DNA of 64,000 bases from Mobula hypostoma (GCF_963921235.1 NC_086118.1:25918001-25982000); one strand, 5' to 3'; counted from the first letter of the stretch, positions 50,770 to 64,000 are shown. Translations and numbers: made by a program. Notes: generated by a model from the sequence alone, not told the origin.

Positions 50770-51740
50770 GAACTTTGTTGTTTGAAAAATATACAAATGC
50801 TTCGGATGGAAATGTAGGGGGTATGATTAGTAAGCTTAGGTGACACAAAAATTGTGTCAAATTCAATGTTTGAGGACCAAGTGGCTCCACAGAGCACAGT
50901 CATAGATAGCTAAGAGTACAGTGGGACCCAAATCACGTGGAAAGTTGGCTGGACCAGTGCCAGATAGAATTTAATCCTGTTATCGAGCTTTGCGAGATTA
51001 AATTCTTGTAAGACATATAGAGTCAATGCCAGGAATCTTTACAGCATTGATGTTAAAAGAGACTTGGAGGTACAAATCTATTTCTCCCTGAAAGTGGCAA
51101 AGCACATGGATAGGGAAGTGAAAAAGGCATTTTCTACTGTTGCCTTCATAGGCTGATGCATTGAGTACAAGAGCTGGGATATCATACGGCATCTGTACAA
51201 AACGTTGGTTAAACCCACTTAAGAGCATTCTGTGCAGTTCTGGTTGGCACACAAGAGGTAGGATGTGGCCGCAGTAGAGAGACTGCAGACGGATGTTGAC
51301 TGGAATGCAGGGCCGCAGTTATACCGAATGTCCGGATTTATTCTCACTAGAACACAGGAGCCTCAGAGTGACAATAAGTAATTTATAAAATTATTTGCAG
51401 CCTAGATAGGACAGATAGACAGAATATTTGTTTTTTTTTCCCAGAAGGGAGTATCCAGAACTACAGGGCACAGTTTGAGGAAGAGAGTTGAGAAATTCAA
51501 AAGAGGTAACAAGGGTAAATTTCTCGTATCAAGGTGAATACCTGGAAAGAGCTCCAGCTATAGGTGGAAGAGCCAATACAATTAGCAATGTTTTAGAAGA
51601 CTTGCAGGTACTTGGATAGGAAAGGCATAGAGGAATTTAGGCCCAATGTGAGGAAATGGGATTGGTGCAGATAGGGATCATGGTTAGCATGCATGAGATG
51701 GATCAAAGGCCCCATTTCAGTGCTGTTCGATTTATGACTC
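50770..51740 (+). mobile_element. Decayed CR1 LINE 3' portion
   Basis: Remnants of LYKTLV.PHL.HSVQFW and a CR1-type 3' UTR. Confidence 0.7.
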
Positions 51741-52444
51741 TAGCCCCAGAGCTCCAAGGGAGCAGTCAAGAAAATGTCATAAGATCTGCTCAGCCAAGTA
51801 CTACAGCTTCCTCCAGAATGGTTATAACTTTATCATTTAAGCATGATGATGGCCTGCATCATCCCACCTTACAAGGCAGCATTGAACTTGATTTCATCAT
51901 GTTTGCTGGAGGGTTTCACACCAAGGTCAAGATGCTCCTCCTCTCCTATCTGTGACCATTTTCTTTACCATATTAGCACGTGTAGATTGCAGAGCAGACA
52001 GCCACAGAATTAAGGTATCACAATTGCTTACAAAGTGCCAGACAGTGACTTAGATGACATCAGATGGTTACATAGCTGAATCCCACTCAGCTGCTGTACA
52101 TCCAAGAACTGATGTGGGATGCTCACAAGGCAAAGTCACCTGAATCATGTGTAAAACCTGTGGCCTACACCAACCCATTTGCCCTCCATGAGAAAGAACG
52201 AATCTTATTCTGCTCTAAGTTTCAGGGACTTTCTTCATGTAGCTGTAGGTTTCAGACAGTTGCTCACTCCAAGCATCTGACAGTGCATAAAGTTCATCAC
52301 CACAATGACCTTGAAACCCATGAGCAAAGCGAGCCATAAGCAAAAGATACGTACAAGAGTGAGACAGATCAGCTTGTTGAGTGGTGTCACAACAACAACC
52401 TTGCACTCATTGTCAGTAAGACTGAAGAATTGATTGTGTTTTTT

Positions 52445-55400
52445 GTCACAGTCATAGTCATAGTCATACTTTATTGATCCCGGGGGGAACTGGTTTTCGT
52501 TACAGTCGCACCATAAATAATTAAATAGTAATAAAACCATAAGTAGTTAAATAGTAATATGTAAATTATGCCAGGAAATAAGTCCAGGACCAGCCTATTG
52601 GCTCAGGGTGTCTGACCCTCCAAGGGAGGAGTTGTAAAGTTTGATGGCCACAGGCAGGAATGACTTCCTATGACACTCTGTGTTGCATCTCGGTGGAACG
52701 AGTCTCTGGCTTGAATGTACTCCTGTGCCCAACTAGTACATTATGTAGTGGATGGGAGACATTGTCCAAGATGGCATGCAACTTGGACAGCATTCTCTTT
52801 TCAGACACCACCATCAGAGAGTCCAGTTCCATTCCCACAACATCACTGGCCTTACGAATGAGTTTGTTGATTCTGTTGGTGTCTGCTACCCTCAGCCTGC
52901 TGCCCCAGCACACAACAGCAAACATGATAGCACTGGCCACCACAGACTCGTAAAACATCCTCAGCATCGTCCGGCAGATGTTAAAGGACCTCAGTCTCCT
53001 CAGGAAATAGAGACGGCTCTGACCCTTCTTGTAGACAGCCTCCGTGTTCTTTGACCAGTCCAGTTTATTGTCAATTCGTATCCCCAGGTATTTGTAACCC
53101 CCACCATGTCCACACTGACCCCCTGGATGGAAACAGGGGTCACCGGTACCTTAGCTCTCCTCAGGTCTACCACCAGCTCCTTAGTCTTTTTCACATTAAG
53201 CTGCAGATAATTCTGCTCACACCATGTGACAAAGTTTCCTACCGTAGCCCTGTACTCAGCCTCATCTACCCTGCTGACACATCCAACTATGGCAGAGTCA
53301 TCCGAAAACTTCTGAAGATGACAAGACTCTGTGCAGTAGTTGAAGTCCGAGGTGTAAATGGTGAAGAGAAAGGGAGACAAGACAGTCTCCTGTGGAGCCC
53401 CGGTGCTGCTGATCACTCTGTTGGACACACAGTGTTGCAAGCACACCTACTGTGGTCTGCCAGTCAGGTAATCAAGAATCCATGACACCAGGAAAGCATC
53501 CACCTGCATCGCTGTCAGCTTCTCCCCCAGCAGAGCAGGGCGGATGGTGTTGAACGCACTGGAGAAGTCAAAAATCATGACCCTCACAGTGCTCGCTGGC
53601 TTGTCCAGGTGGGCGTAGACATGGTTCAGCAGGTAGACGAGGGCATCCTCAACTCCTAGTCGTGGCTGGTAGGCAAACTGGAGGGGATCTAAGTGTGGCC
53701 TGACCATAGACCTGAGCAGCTCCAGAACAAGTCTCTCCATGGTCTTCATGATGTGGGAGGTCAATGCCACCGGTCTGTAGTCATTGAGGCCGCTGGGGCA
53801 CGGCACCTTCGGCACAGGGACGAGGCAGGACGTCTTCCACAGCACAGGAACCCTCCGAAGCCTCAGGCTCAGGTTGAAGACATGGCGAAGTACTCCACAT
53901 AGCTGAGGGGCACAGGCTTTGAGCACCCTGGTACTGACACCATCAGGTCCTGCAGCCTTGCTTGGGTTGAGACGTTTCAGCTGTCTTCTCACCTGTAGAG
54001 CTGTGAAGCCCACCATGGTGGTTTCGTGTGGGGAAGGGGTATAGTCATGGGAGCAGGGTGGGGGACTGTGAGGAGGGGTAGGAGGGGAGAGTGGAGTATG
54101 TGTTGGTTGGGGGCCGACAACAGATGACTCATGTGGGGGATGGGCAGGGGCCACAATGTCAAATCTGTTAAAGAACAGGTTAAGTTCGTTGGCCCTGTCC
54201 TCTGTTGCTAGTTTGCCGAAGCCCAGTGATGGTCCTCATCCCCCTCCAGACCTCTCTCATGTTGTTCTGCTGGAGTTTCCACTCAAGCTTCCTCCTGTAC
54301 CTGTCTTTAGCCTCCCTGATCCTGGCTTTCAGGTCCCTCTGTATTGCCCTCAGCTACTCCCTATTTCCATCTCTAAACGCCCTCTTTTTAGCGTTCAGGA
54401 TGTCCTTCATGTCCTTTGGTAGCCATGGCTTGTTATTTGAATAACAAAGGACAGTTCTTGTCGGAACATTGCAGTCCACACAGAAGTTGATGTAATCAGT
54501 GATGCATTCTGTGAGCCCATCAATATCCTCTCCATGTAACTCACAGAGCGCCTGCCAGTCTGTCACCTCAAAACAACCCTGGAGCGCCTCATAAGCCTCC
54601 TCCGACCATTTTCTCACTGTCCTCGAGGTTGCAGGTTTACTCTTCACCAGAGGCACGCAGCAGGGTTTTAGATGCACCTGACTGTGATCTGACCTTCCCA
54701 ATGGGGGGAGGGGAGAGGAGCTGTTTGCATCCTTAACGTTAGCGTACATCAAATCCAGAGTCCTCTCCCCTCTGGTTGTACAGCTCACATACTGCGTGAA
54801 GTTGGGCAGTGTTCTAGCCATGGTAACATGGTTGAAGTCACCCGAGATGGTAATGAGGGCACTGGGGTGCTGGGTTTGTAATCTGGCTATGACGGTGTAA
54901 GTGATGTTACACGCCGATGTCGGGTTGGCAGAGGGAGGGATGTACACAACAACCACAATTGCATGCGAGATTTCCCTTGGCAAATGATATGGCCGCAGCC
55001 CAACAGCAAAAAGATCAATATCCGGGCTACAAACACGTTTCTTGATTGAAATATGCCCAGGATTGCACCATCTGTTGTTTACCAGAACTGCAAGCCCCCC
55101 TCCTTTACGCTTACCGCTCTCAGTGCAATTTCGATCAGCTCGAACGGTCTGGAAGCCCTCTATGGAAACGCTTTGATCGGGTATGTCCTCCTGCAGCCAC
55201 GTTTCAGTAAAACACATGACACTGCTCTCCCGAAATGTTCTCTGACTCCTGACAAGCGCCGTCAATTCGTCCATTTTATTACCAAGCGATCTCACACTGC
55301 CCATGATGAGAGAGGGGAGACACGGCTTATAACTTCTCTTCTCCATAAGCCTCTGTTGTCTCGACCCGGTCCTCTTCCCTCACCTTTTTGATGCCCCTCT

Positions 55401-55730
55401 GCATCCTCTGTGTGTTTTCCTCCAGATTTCAGCCTGGGTGTCCGCTGCTCTGTTCGCTAAACCAGCCGGCATAAGCGCAATCAGCTGGTCCCTGGAATAA
55501 ACAATGTGGCCATCCTACCGCCACGCTAATGAGACGTGTCCGACCGTAACTATTTCCAGCGCTAAAAAAAACAAATAAAACTCTCTCCACCAGCATGTTA
55601 GAGAGGATGCAGCTTCAACGTGTTACCATGAGAAAAAATACAACAAATAACCTAAGTTAAAAAGTTTAAAAGTAAGAAACTAAACGGAGCAACTGTAACC
55701 GGCTGCATGCACGACCGGCGCATGTGCACT
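52445..55730 (-). mobile_element. Near-full-length Rex1/Babar-type LINE (APE endonuclease and RT) with a few stops and frameshifts
   Basis: MGSVRSLGNKMDEL, CFTETWL, GDFNH and SDH (APE); KAAGPDGV, LDPLQFAYQ, DFSSAFNTI, GAPQ.TVLSPFLF and QKFSDD (RT); 3' AATAAA plus (GACTAT)n tail; nested inside a plus-strand LINE fragment. Confidence 0.92.
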
Positions 55731-58205
55731 TGGAAGGGGAAGTCAGGAGAACATACGCAAGTCCTCATTCAGGGGCCAGCGGTGGAATGGGTAAGGGCTT
55801 CAAGCTCCAAAGCATCAACATCTCAAATAGATGAAATCATGAAGAAGCACGTTAATGGCTATATTTCATTGGGAGTCTGAGAGGATTTGGTTATGTCACC
55901 AAAGACTAGCAAATTTCTACAAACATACCATGGAGAGCTTTCTAAATGGTTGCATCACTGCCTGGAGAGACTCCAGTCCATAGAATTGAAAAAAGCTGCA
56001 GAGGGTTGTAGACTCAGTGAAATACATCACGGGCACTACCCTGCCCCCACTGAGGACATCTTCAAGACATGGTGCCTCAAGAAGGCGGCATCCATTCATT
56101 AAGTACACTCATCACGCGGGACGTGCCCCCTTCTCATTACTACCATCAGTGAGGAGATACAGGAGCCTGAAGATGCACATTAAGTGCTTTAGAAACAGTT
56201 TCTTCCACTCTGCCATCAGATTTCTGAACAGTCCATGAAACCCATACACACTACCTCATTATTTTGCTCTCTGTTTGCATTATTTATTTTTCACGTATTG
56301 CTCATTGTAACTTTCAGTTTTTTTTTAATGTTTTGCACTGTATTACTGCTGAAAAACAAATTTCAAGTTGCTGGGTGTCAGTATCTCTGTAGACCTAACC
56401 TGGACACAACATATTAATGCAGCTATAAGGAAGGCAAAACCATGGCTAAATTTAGCTACGAGTTTCACTAGATTTGGTTTGTCAACTAAAACACTTGAAA
56501 ACTTCCACAAATATATGTGGAGAACACTCTGACTGGCTGCATCACCGGCTGGTACGGGGCAGCTTCTGCATAAGGGCGAAATAAGTTGCAGAAACTTGTA
56601 AAATTAGTCAGCTCCATCGTGAGTACCAGCCTCTGTAGAATCCAAAACATCTTCAATGCCTTGGGAAGGCAGCATCCATCATTAAGGATCCCCACAACCC
56701 AGGACATGACCTCCTCACACTGTTACCATAGGGAAGGAGGTACAGAAGCTTGAAGGCACACACTCATGATTCAAGAATAGCTTCTTCCCCTCTGGCATCC
56801 GATTTTGAAAAGGAACCATGAATGCTACGTCACTACCTTTTTATTACTGTTTTTTTTCTGCACTACTTATTTTAAATTATTTAGTTAGCAGATATACATA
56901 TACTTAATGTAACTCTGTTTTATTTCTCTATATTTATTTCTTATGTATGTCATTGTACTGCTGCCATAAAGTTATTTCATTACATCTGCTGGTGATATTC
57001 AACCTGATTCGGATTTTCACAACTATGCTTTACTGCAGCTGCAAGGGAAATGCCCGCTATATATATTTTTTTTATTGCGGAATTGAAATTCAAAAGCTGA
57101 AATAAAGTTTGTCAGCACTTGATGAAACATATTCTGAGAACACACACTCAACGTTTTAGAAACAGCTTCTTCCCCTCTGCCGTAAGATTTCTGAATGATC
57201 CATGAAGCCATAAACACTACCTCACTATTCCTCTTTTGCATTATTTATTAATTTTAATTTTTATTGTAAAATATAGTAACTTATGTTTTACAGCGTACTG
57301 CAGCCACAAAACAACAAATTTCACGACATACTGTATGTCAGTAATAATAGACCTGACACTGATTCTGAGTTTGTGTCCATTAAATCTCACAACACAGAAG
57401 GGGGATTTCTGCCTGTTATTTCAATGCCTGCTCTTTGAAAGCAATGCTCAAATTAAATCCATGTGCCATTTACGTCTTTAGTAGGCTTTCCTAAATCAAC
57501 TATATATTCTTTCCCAGAACTTGATATTATCCCCAAAGTCAATTAGACATGAGTTCTTTTCTTTAGTCCTTTTGCACAAGTGGTAATCCTGACATTAATT
57601 AGATCAAAAGTTGCATCAATTTGAAAAGTATCTTTTCCCTATCACTACGTAAATATCCCCACAATTTCCAGACCAAAAACCAAATTTGTCATATGAACTA
57701 TGTTTTCAAAGAGTTGAAATAAAAACCTTTCCCTTAAAAGCTATTCCTTGATTTAATACTATTTTGTTACAGTTTGATTAAAATTGTGACTACCCAAAAA
57801 TAAGCATTTTTAAAATTATTGTGTTCAACTCACCACCATTTGATTTTGAATGAGGGAAAATTGTTTCATTTTTAAATATAAAATAATTATTCAGCCAGGA
57901 CAGGGTTAAATTAATGTGACCATGAGCCCTAAATTTCAGCCTAACCTGTGGGCTTCTTTCATACGAGTGCCATTTGCAGAAACACTCAGTCATGATGATT
58001 GTATCCTGGATGCATGGCCAATGTGATGGGTGCAGCCTACTATCGCAGTAAAGACTTGAAAACCAATGTAAAAGACTGTTTAAGTTCCCAGAGCACAGAG
58101 AATACAATTCTCTGAACTTTTCAACTTAAGATAAAATCAACTTTCCGACACCTATAAAAACAGAACCCATCTATTAGCTGTCTGTACATAAAGTTCTGTG
58201 ATGTG

Positions 58206-58853
58206 CAGACATCCCACCCTGCAAAAACGCATTTCAGGGAGGTAGCACCCCCGCCCCCACAACCCCACATTCCCCCCCCCACCCCCGGTGAACCTCCAAG
58301 GGTGTATGTAATACTTTTTTTAGTGATTTTGTCTAATCTGTAAACCAGGTTGGGTATATGCAGAAAATGTGACATTAAAAAATATGTACTTATATTATCA
58401 TGGAGTCGTTTTTTTTATTCTATTACAACATTAAGCAAGTCTACAGGGAGATTGGCCTCATCACGTAGGACATCAATAGAGTAGCTCCTTAGCAGCTAGC
58501 CAGCTAGTTTAAATAACGTTAGCTATGCTAATGAATGAATGACACCTGTTAAGCTCACTTCAACATGTCTTTTACATTTTAACCCACCATGGGCAATAGA
58601 AAGGTCACTGTTGCAAACAGTGCACGAACAACACTGTCATTATTTTTGAGGTTGACTGTAAAGCCCGCCCACAGAGAAAACCGAAGGTCTCCTTAGCATG
58701 AAGAGAGACCAATCAGGATGCTCCCTCTCGCTCTTCTTCTCCCTCTCAAAAAAAAATCGATTTCTGGGATATTGTATATAATTTGCGGGCATCAGGGAGC
58801 CACTATCAATATGCAGGAGACTCCCGGAACTTCCGGGAGAGGTGGGATGTCTG
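58206..58853. mobile_element. Non-autonomous DNA transposon (MITE), 13-bp TIR, 6-bp TSD
   Basis: TIR CAGACATCCCACC / GGTGGGATGTCTG; GATGTG duplicated at 58200-58205 and 58854-58859. Confidence 0.85.
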
Positions 58854-58984
58854 GATGTGCAGCAGTTGCACTAATTTTATGAGAACTATGATGACAAAGC
58901 AGAGAGTGAAATATCCTGAGTTCCTTCAACCATTTACCAAGAAAAGGATCCAGAATATCTTATAAAGTTGTCAAATTGTAAGAG

Positions 58985-59560
58985 CATTAAGATATGGGAG
59001 CCCATCAGGTCTGTTCCCCAATCTATCATGGCTGTCTTAGTTTCCTTCTCAACCCATTCTCTGCCTTCCCCTTGTATCTTTTGATACCCTTACTAATCAA
59101 GAAACTATCAATCTCTGCTTTAAATATATCCTATAATTTGATCTCCACAGCCATCTATGCCAATGAATCCCACTGATTCACTATCCTCCGACTGAAGAAA
59201 TTACACCTCATCTCTATTCTAAAGGAATGTTCTTCTATTCTGAGGCTGTGCTCTCTGGTCCTAGACTCTCCCACTATTGGCAACATCTACTCTATCTAGA
59301 CCTTTCGATGGTCTGTAGGCTTCACTCTTCTAATCTACCTTGAATTCAGGTCTACAGCCATCAACCGCTCCTCATACATTAATCCTTCCATTCCAGGGAA
59401 AATGCTCATAAACCTCCTCTGGACTCTCTCCAATACCAACACTTCCTTTCTTAGATATTCAGCTCAAGACTACTCTCAATGCCCTTCCAAGTGTGGTCTG
59501 ATCAATATCTTATAAAGCCTCAGCATTACATCCTTGCTTTTATATTCTAGTCCGCTTGAA
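58985..59560 (-). mobile_element. CR1 LINE 3' fragment
   Basis: Similar to the CR1 3' region at 36900-37520. Confidence 0.75.
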
Positions 59561-61479
59561 ATGATAATTATAATTCACCTACCTCATAACACTTCCTTGT
59601 TGAAAAAATATAATTTAGAGCAACATCCCCCTCCAATGAATTAACATAAACAACTCTCAAGAACCGTAGCATATTCTGTTACGATCAGACTTCATACTGT
59701 AACACATAATATGCTCTGCAAATCTCACATATTCTGTGATAACCCTTAGCCCATCCAGTGGCAGTTCCCTTAACAACCTCAGAAATATTCTAGAATAACC
59801 CAAATTTTTCAAACAATAATATACTCCATTTAAAGTGTACCCGTCATCCTACCAGGAATCAACATTCAATTATCAGGGTGAAAATATATTCAATCTGAGG
59901 CATTGGGTTCTATAAAAGAAATCTAATTTAAAGGGACTAACCACATCAGTTAAGCACAGCATCAGACTTCATACAGCAAGTAACAGTTTATGTGAGCCAA
60001 ACTTCACTTGAACGAACCTCTTGACTCCATGCAAAGGTGTTGCTAGTGTTTTCAGTGCAATCAAGTAGCAACATAGACTGGTCCAAATGCTTAGTTTTCC
60101 TGCTATTATTTCATTTGTGACTGTGCATCCAGAAGATGTCTATGCTTAGCTTCTTTGTCCCAGTGTGCAACCTACAAAATAAGAACAAACGTTTTTATTT
60201 TGGCAGAGCGCTTGCATATAGTGTATGTCTGAGGTAAGACTACCTGTTAACCCACACACTTAATTTCAGTAGTCAGAAATGTTTTTATATGAAATATTCC
60301 TTGCAACATAATCTTGTTGTTTTGCGTGTGTACATACAAAATGTAGCAAGCATATAGCTGCAGAGGAAATTGCCAGATTTTACAGGGAAATACCTTAGCC
60401 AGGTCTACAGTATAGTACAACTATACAGTCCTCAGTACAGTACACTACACAGGAAGCTGGTGGTGGGGAAGTGAAAACAGCACATTTTTTATATGGTTTT
60501 CCCCACATGTGTAGGAAGAAATGAGCTCACTATTACACAGTGATACCGTAGGGCGTGGCATAAAAAATTGTCGAACTGGCATCAAATCTCTGTCACTCTG
60601 TTTGGATTGGGATTGAAATAGGCATGACTTTTGCATTAAGTAACTGGGACATTAGGGAAACTTCCTACTCAATCTTTAAATTACCTGTTAAGAAATTTGC
60701 TCTTTAAATTCCTTGATTTATATTTCATCTTCCTCTCTAATGAGCTTTGAACTCCTTTAAAGTCCTGACAAAGGATCTTGGCCTGAAATGTTGGCTTTCT
60801 GTTTCTCTCTATAGATGCTGCTTGACCTGTAGTAACTGATAGTTCGGTTTTATACGTAGCAAAAAAACTAGATTCCATTCTGGATCAGAAAAGCAAGCAG
60901 GAAAGTGAAATATGTTAACTTTAGAAACGAAAATGAATCTGAACAACTATTCAACAATCCATAATTATTTTATTTATTAATTGTCTTTTATTTTATTACT
61001 CTAAATGCAATAGGTGAAACATTTATACAGCTTGACAGAATAATATGAAAGAAAATGGCTAATTTTAGAAGATACTTTAAAGAAAGGAAATGGCTAACTA
61101 TTAAATTGAAACCTCTTTTATTCTCTTGACTGGATGTAAATGATCCTGTAACTCTGGATAGACTGCCCGAAGCTCTCAACAATATTAATCTTTCAATCAA
61201 TTTGTTCTTCATCCTGTTTCTTTTTAATGGAGATTGCTTTGCATAAAGTGGATTCCAAGATATTATGATTTTCTATATTTATAGTAATGACTCACTCTGA
61301 CAGTAAGAGCTACTTTGAAGTTCGAGCAGATGTCAGTCTCTCTTGCATCATTGTTTCCTCTTCATCACTATTTCCTTCCAACTGTAGATGAATTGATCCC
61401 ATCAGCAATGAATTGACCAGGGTGTCACTTTGTCTAGTTCTGCTTTATGTTGAGAAACATTTACAGCATCTTGCCTATT

Positions 61480-62965
61480 ATGATAAAATTTGAGCTGTTT
61501 TCAACAAGGGAGTCAGAGTCGCGAGTCCATGAAGAAGAGGTTCCTGATCACTTGCCAAGTTGGATTAAACCCCCAGAACCGGATGAGAGTTATCCTAAGC
61601 TAGAGCAGGAGATGTGGGATTGTTGGGGATCTGCTTGACATTTTTAAATCTTCACTGGTCACAAATGAATGAACAGATGACAGCAAACATCATCTCACTT
61701 TTCAAGAAAGGCAGCAGGAAAAAGCTTGGCAAGGGAAGGTTCTGGAAAAAATTATGAGGGAGATAAAAGATCACTTGGAAAGGCAGGGGCTAATCACAGA
61801 CAGTGAATGTGGCTTTATCAAGGACAAATCAAGTCTGATTTCAATTTGATTGAATTTTTTGAAGATGTAACAAAGTGATTTAATGAAGCAAGAGCAGTAG
61901 ATGTGATTTACATGGAATTTAGTTACAATAGACTAGTTCAAAAGGTTAAGGCCCATGAAAGCAATGACAAGTTGTCAAGCTGGATCCAAACATGATAGGA
62001 TCTAGAGGATGATGGGAAAGGATTGTTTTAAATGATTAGATACCAATGACATAAGGTGTCCCACAAAGATTGGTTCTGAGACCCTTGCTGCTCATGATAA
62101 GCAGGAATGATTTGGATGTGGATCGGGGGTATGATCAGTGATTTTCAGGCTTAACATAGATTGGTGGAGTTGTTCATAGTGTGGATGGTAGAGAAATTGA
62201 TGTGTTGGTGAAATCGCACATGAGGTTCATCCAGAAATGTGTGAGATGATGCATTTTGAAAGCACTTACGAAACTAGGACATACATCATGAATGGAAGGG
62301 TCTTGAAGAGCACTGAGGAACAAAAGGTCCTTGGTGTACAAGTCCATAGATGTTTGAAGAGGTAACAAAGGTAGGTAGTATGATTGGTAATGCATGTGAG
62401 ATTTTGGCCTTTACTAGTCAGGGCACTGAATACAAAAGTAGGAGGATATGCTCCAACTTTATAAAACCTTGGTAAGATATCATCTGGAGCAATTTTAAGC
62501 TTTCTAGTCACCAAGGAATAGGAAGGAAGTGATAGTGCTGGAGGGGATGCAGATGAGATCCATTGGGATGTTGTCTGGGATGGAGCTTCAGTTCAGCTTT
62601 GAAGTGAGATTGGAGGATCTAGGTCAGTATCTCTGGAGCAGAGGGGATTAAGTGGGTCATGATTGAGGTATAGAGATAGACTGCAGGAAACTTTTTCCCT
62701 TATCAGAGGCCGATAAAACCAGAGGACCTAAATTTCCAGTAAGGGGGAAGAGATTCCAAGGGAATATAAGGTACTTTTTTCCCTTGTTCACCCACTGAGT
62801 GCTAGGTACCTGGAATATACTGGTTGAAGCTGGATCACTGATGTCATTAGAAAAATGTTTAAATGAAGACTCAAATCACTTCAGCATAAAGGGCTGTAGA
62901 CCAGTGCTGTGTGATGGGGTTAGTACAGAAAGGTGCCCAGTAGTCAGCATAAAATAGCTGGGCTG
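61480..62965 (+). mobile_element. Heavily decayed CR1 LINE
   Basis: Remnants of PGPD..YP.L, PLFKKG, LIEFFEDVTK, AVDVIYMEF and a CR1 3' UTR. Confidence 0.75.
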
Positions 62966-62969
62966 AACC

Positions 62970-63335
62970 CACACTCAATTTGAAGGAGCAACACCTTATA
63001 TTCCATCTGGGTATCCTCCAACCTGATGACACGAACATCGATTTCTCAACTTCCAGTAATGCCCCTCCCCTTCTCCATTCCCCATTCCCATTTCTCTCTC
63101 CCACCTTAACTCCTTATCTGCCTATCACCTCCCTCTGGTGCTCCTCCCTCTCTTCTTTCTTCTATGGCCCTCTGTCCTCTCCTAATCAGATTCTCCCTTC
63201 TCTAGCCCCGTATCTCACCAATCAATTTCCCAGCTCTTTCCTTCACCCCCCCCCCATTTTGCCTATCTTCAGTGGTTCTTCCTCCCCTTCCCCCACCCCA
63301 CTTTCTTATTCTGACTCATCTTTTATTCCAGTCAT
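62970..63335 (+). mobile_element. Penelope-like 3' fragment
   Basis: KEQHLIFHLGILQPDDTNIDFSTS followed by a pyrimidine-rich 3' UTR. Confidence 0.8.
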
Positions 63336-64000
63336 GCTGTAAAGACTGTAATGACCTCCAACTATGCTGTAATGATTATATGGTTCTACAATATATTATT
63401 TGATCATGGGCTAGTATTCATGCAATTTATTGAGTGGGGCTAAGAAATAAGAGAAGGAATGAGCAGAATGGTCCTCAACCTGCACCGCTATTCAGTAAGC
63501 TCATGGCTAAGATGATAAACGTCTAGAATTCCAGTTTCCAGCCTACCCCCAGAATCCTCAGCCTCCTCCATACCTACCGTCCAAATTACAGTTGCACATC
63601 CTAAACACAACCATCTACAGCTCTCTGGCTGGAGATTTTGAAAGATTTGAAATCCTGAGGGAAAACAAGTCTTCCTCTTCGCAGAATCAAAAGGGTAGCA
63701 AAAGTCTGATTCTCAGTTTTCCAGCTCTGCGGACAACTAGCATGGTTGCTGCCTCTGCAAGTTCACTGGCTTAACATAAAAGCTAAGCATTCAGCGATAG
63801 TTATCCAAACTTGGTACCATTCTATATTTCTGAACTTCTTCAACCATTTTCAACATAAAACAATATTCTGCAGCCAAGAGATTAATGGATAAATTTAGAA
63901 TAGTACAGTAATATTAAAACTGTATCTTCTGAGCAGCATAGAATATGCAACTACAGTGACGTTGAGGTCATGAGTCAAGTTGGTTCTAACAACCTGCCAA

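Noticed and set aside
59940..60690. Possible upstream exons (acceptor-like site at 60171, donor-like site near 60685) or the end of PIK3R5, which neighbours PIK3R6 in mammals
   Set aside because: Frames stop quickly, no PIK3R5 C-terminal motif (LPIMTFSGALP-like) was found, and splice-like motifs alone are insufficient

Overview
Eukaryotic vertebrate genomic DNA. The repeat families present (Penelope-like, CR1, Rex1/Babar-type LINEs, tRNA-SINEs) suggest a cartilaginous fish such as a ray; this is inference only. One host gene spans the minus strand: PIK3R6 (PI3K-gamma regulatory subunit p84/p87). I traced it by hand as 15 GT-AG coding exons from 49890 down to 1733 (1926 nt, 642 codons, all splice phases consistent). 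The C-terminal exons appear to lie beyond the left edge of the window. Introns and the upstream 14 kb are filled with transposons: two young TSD-flanked Penelope-like (GIY-YIG) insertions carrying intact minimal hammerhead-ribozyme motifs plus many decayed copies, CR1 LINEs, a near-full-length Rex1/Babar-type LINE, a dead IR/DR Tc1 element, a solo LTR, MITEs and SINEs. Most ORFs in the supplied track are spurious or transposon-derived. No prokaryotic-type system (CRISPR, operon) is present. Boundaries of old repeats are approximate.
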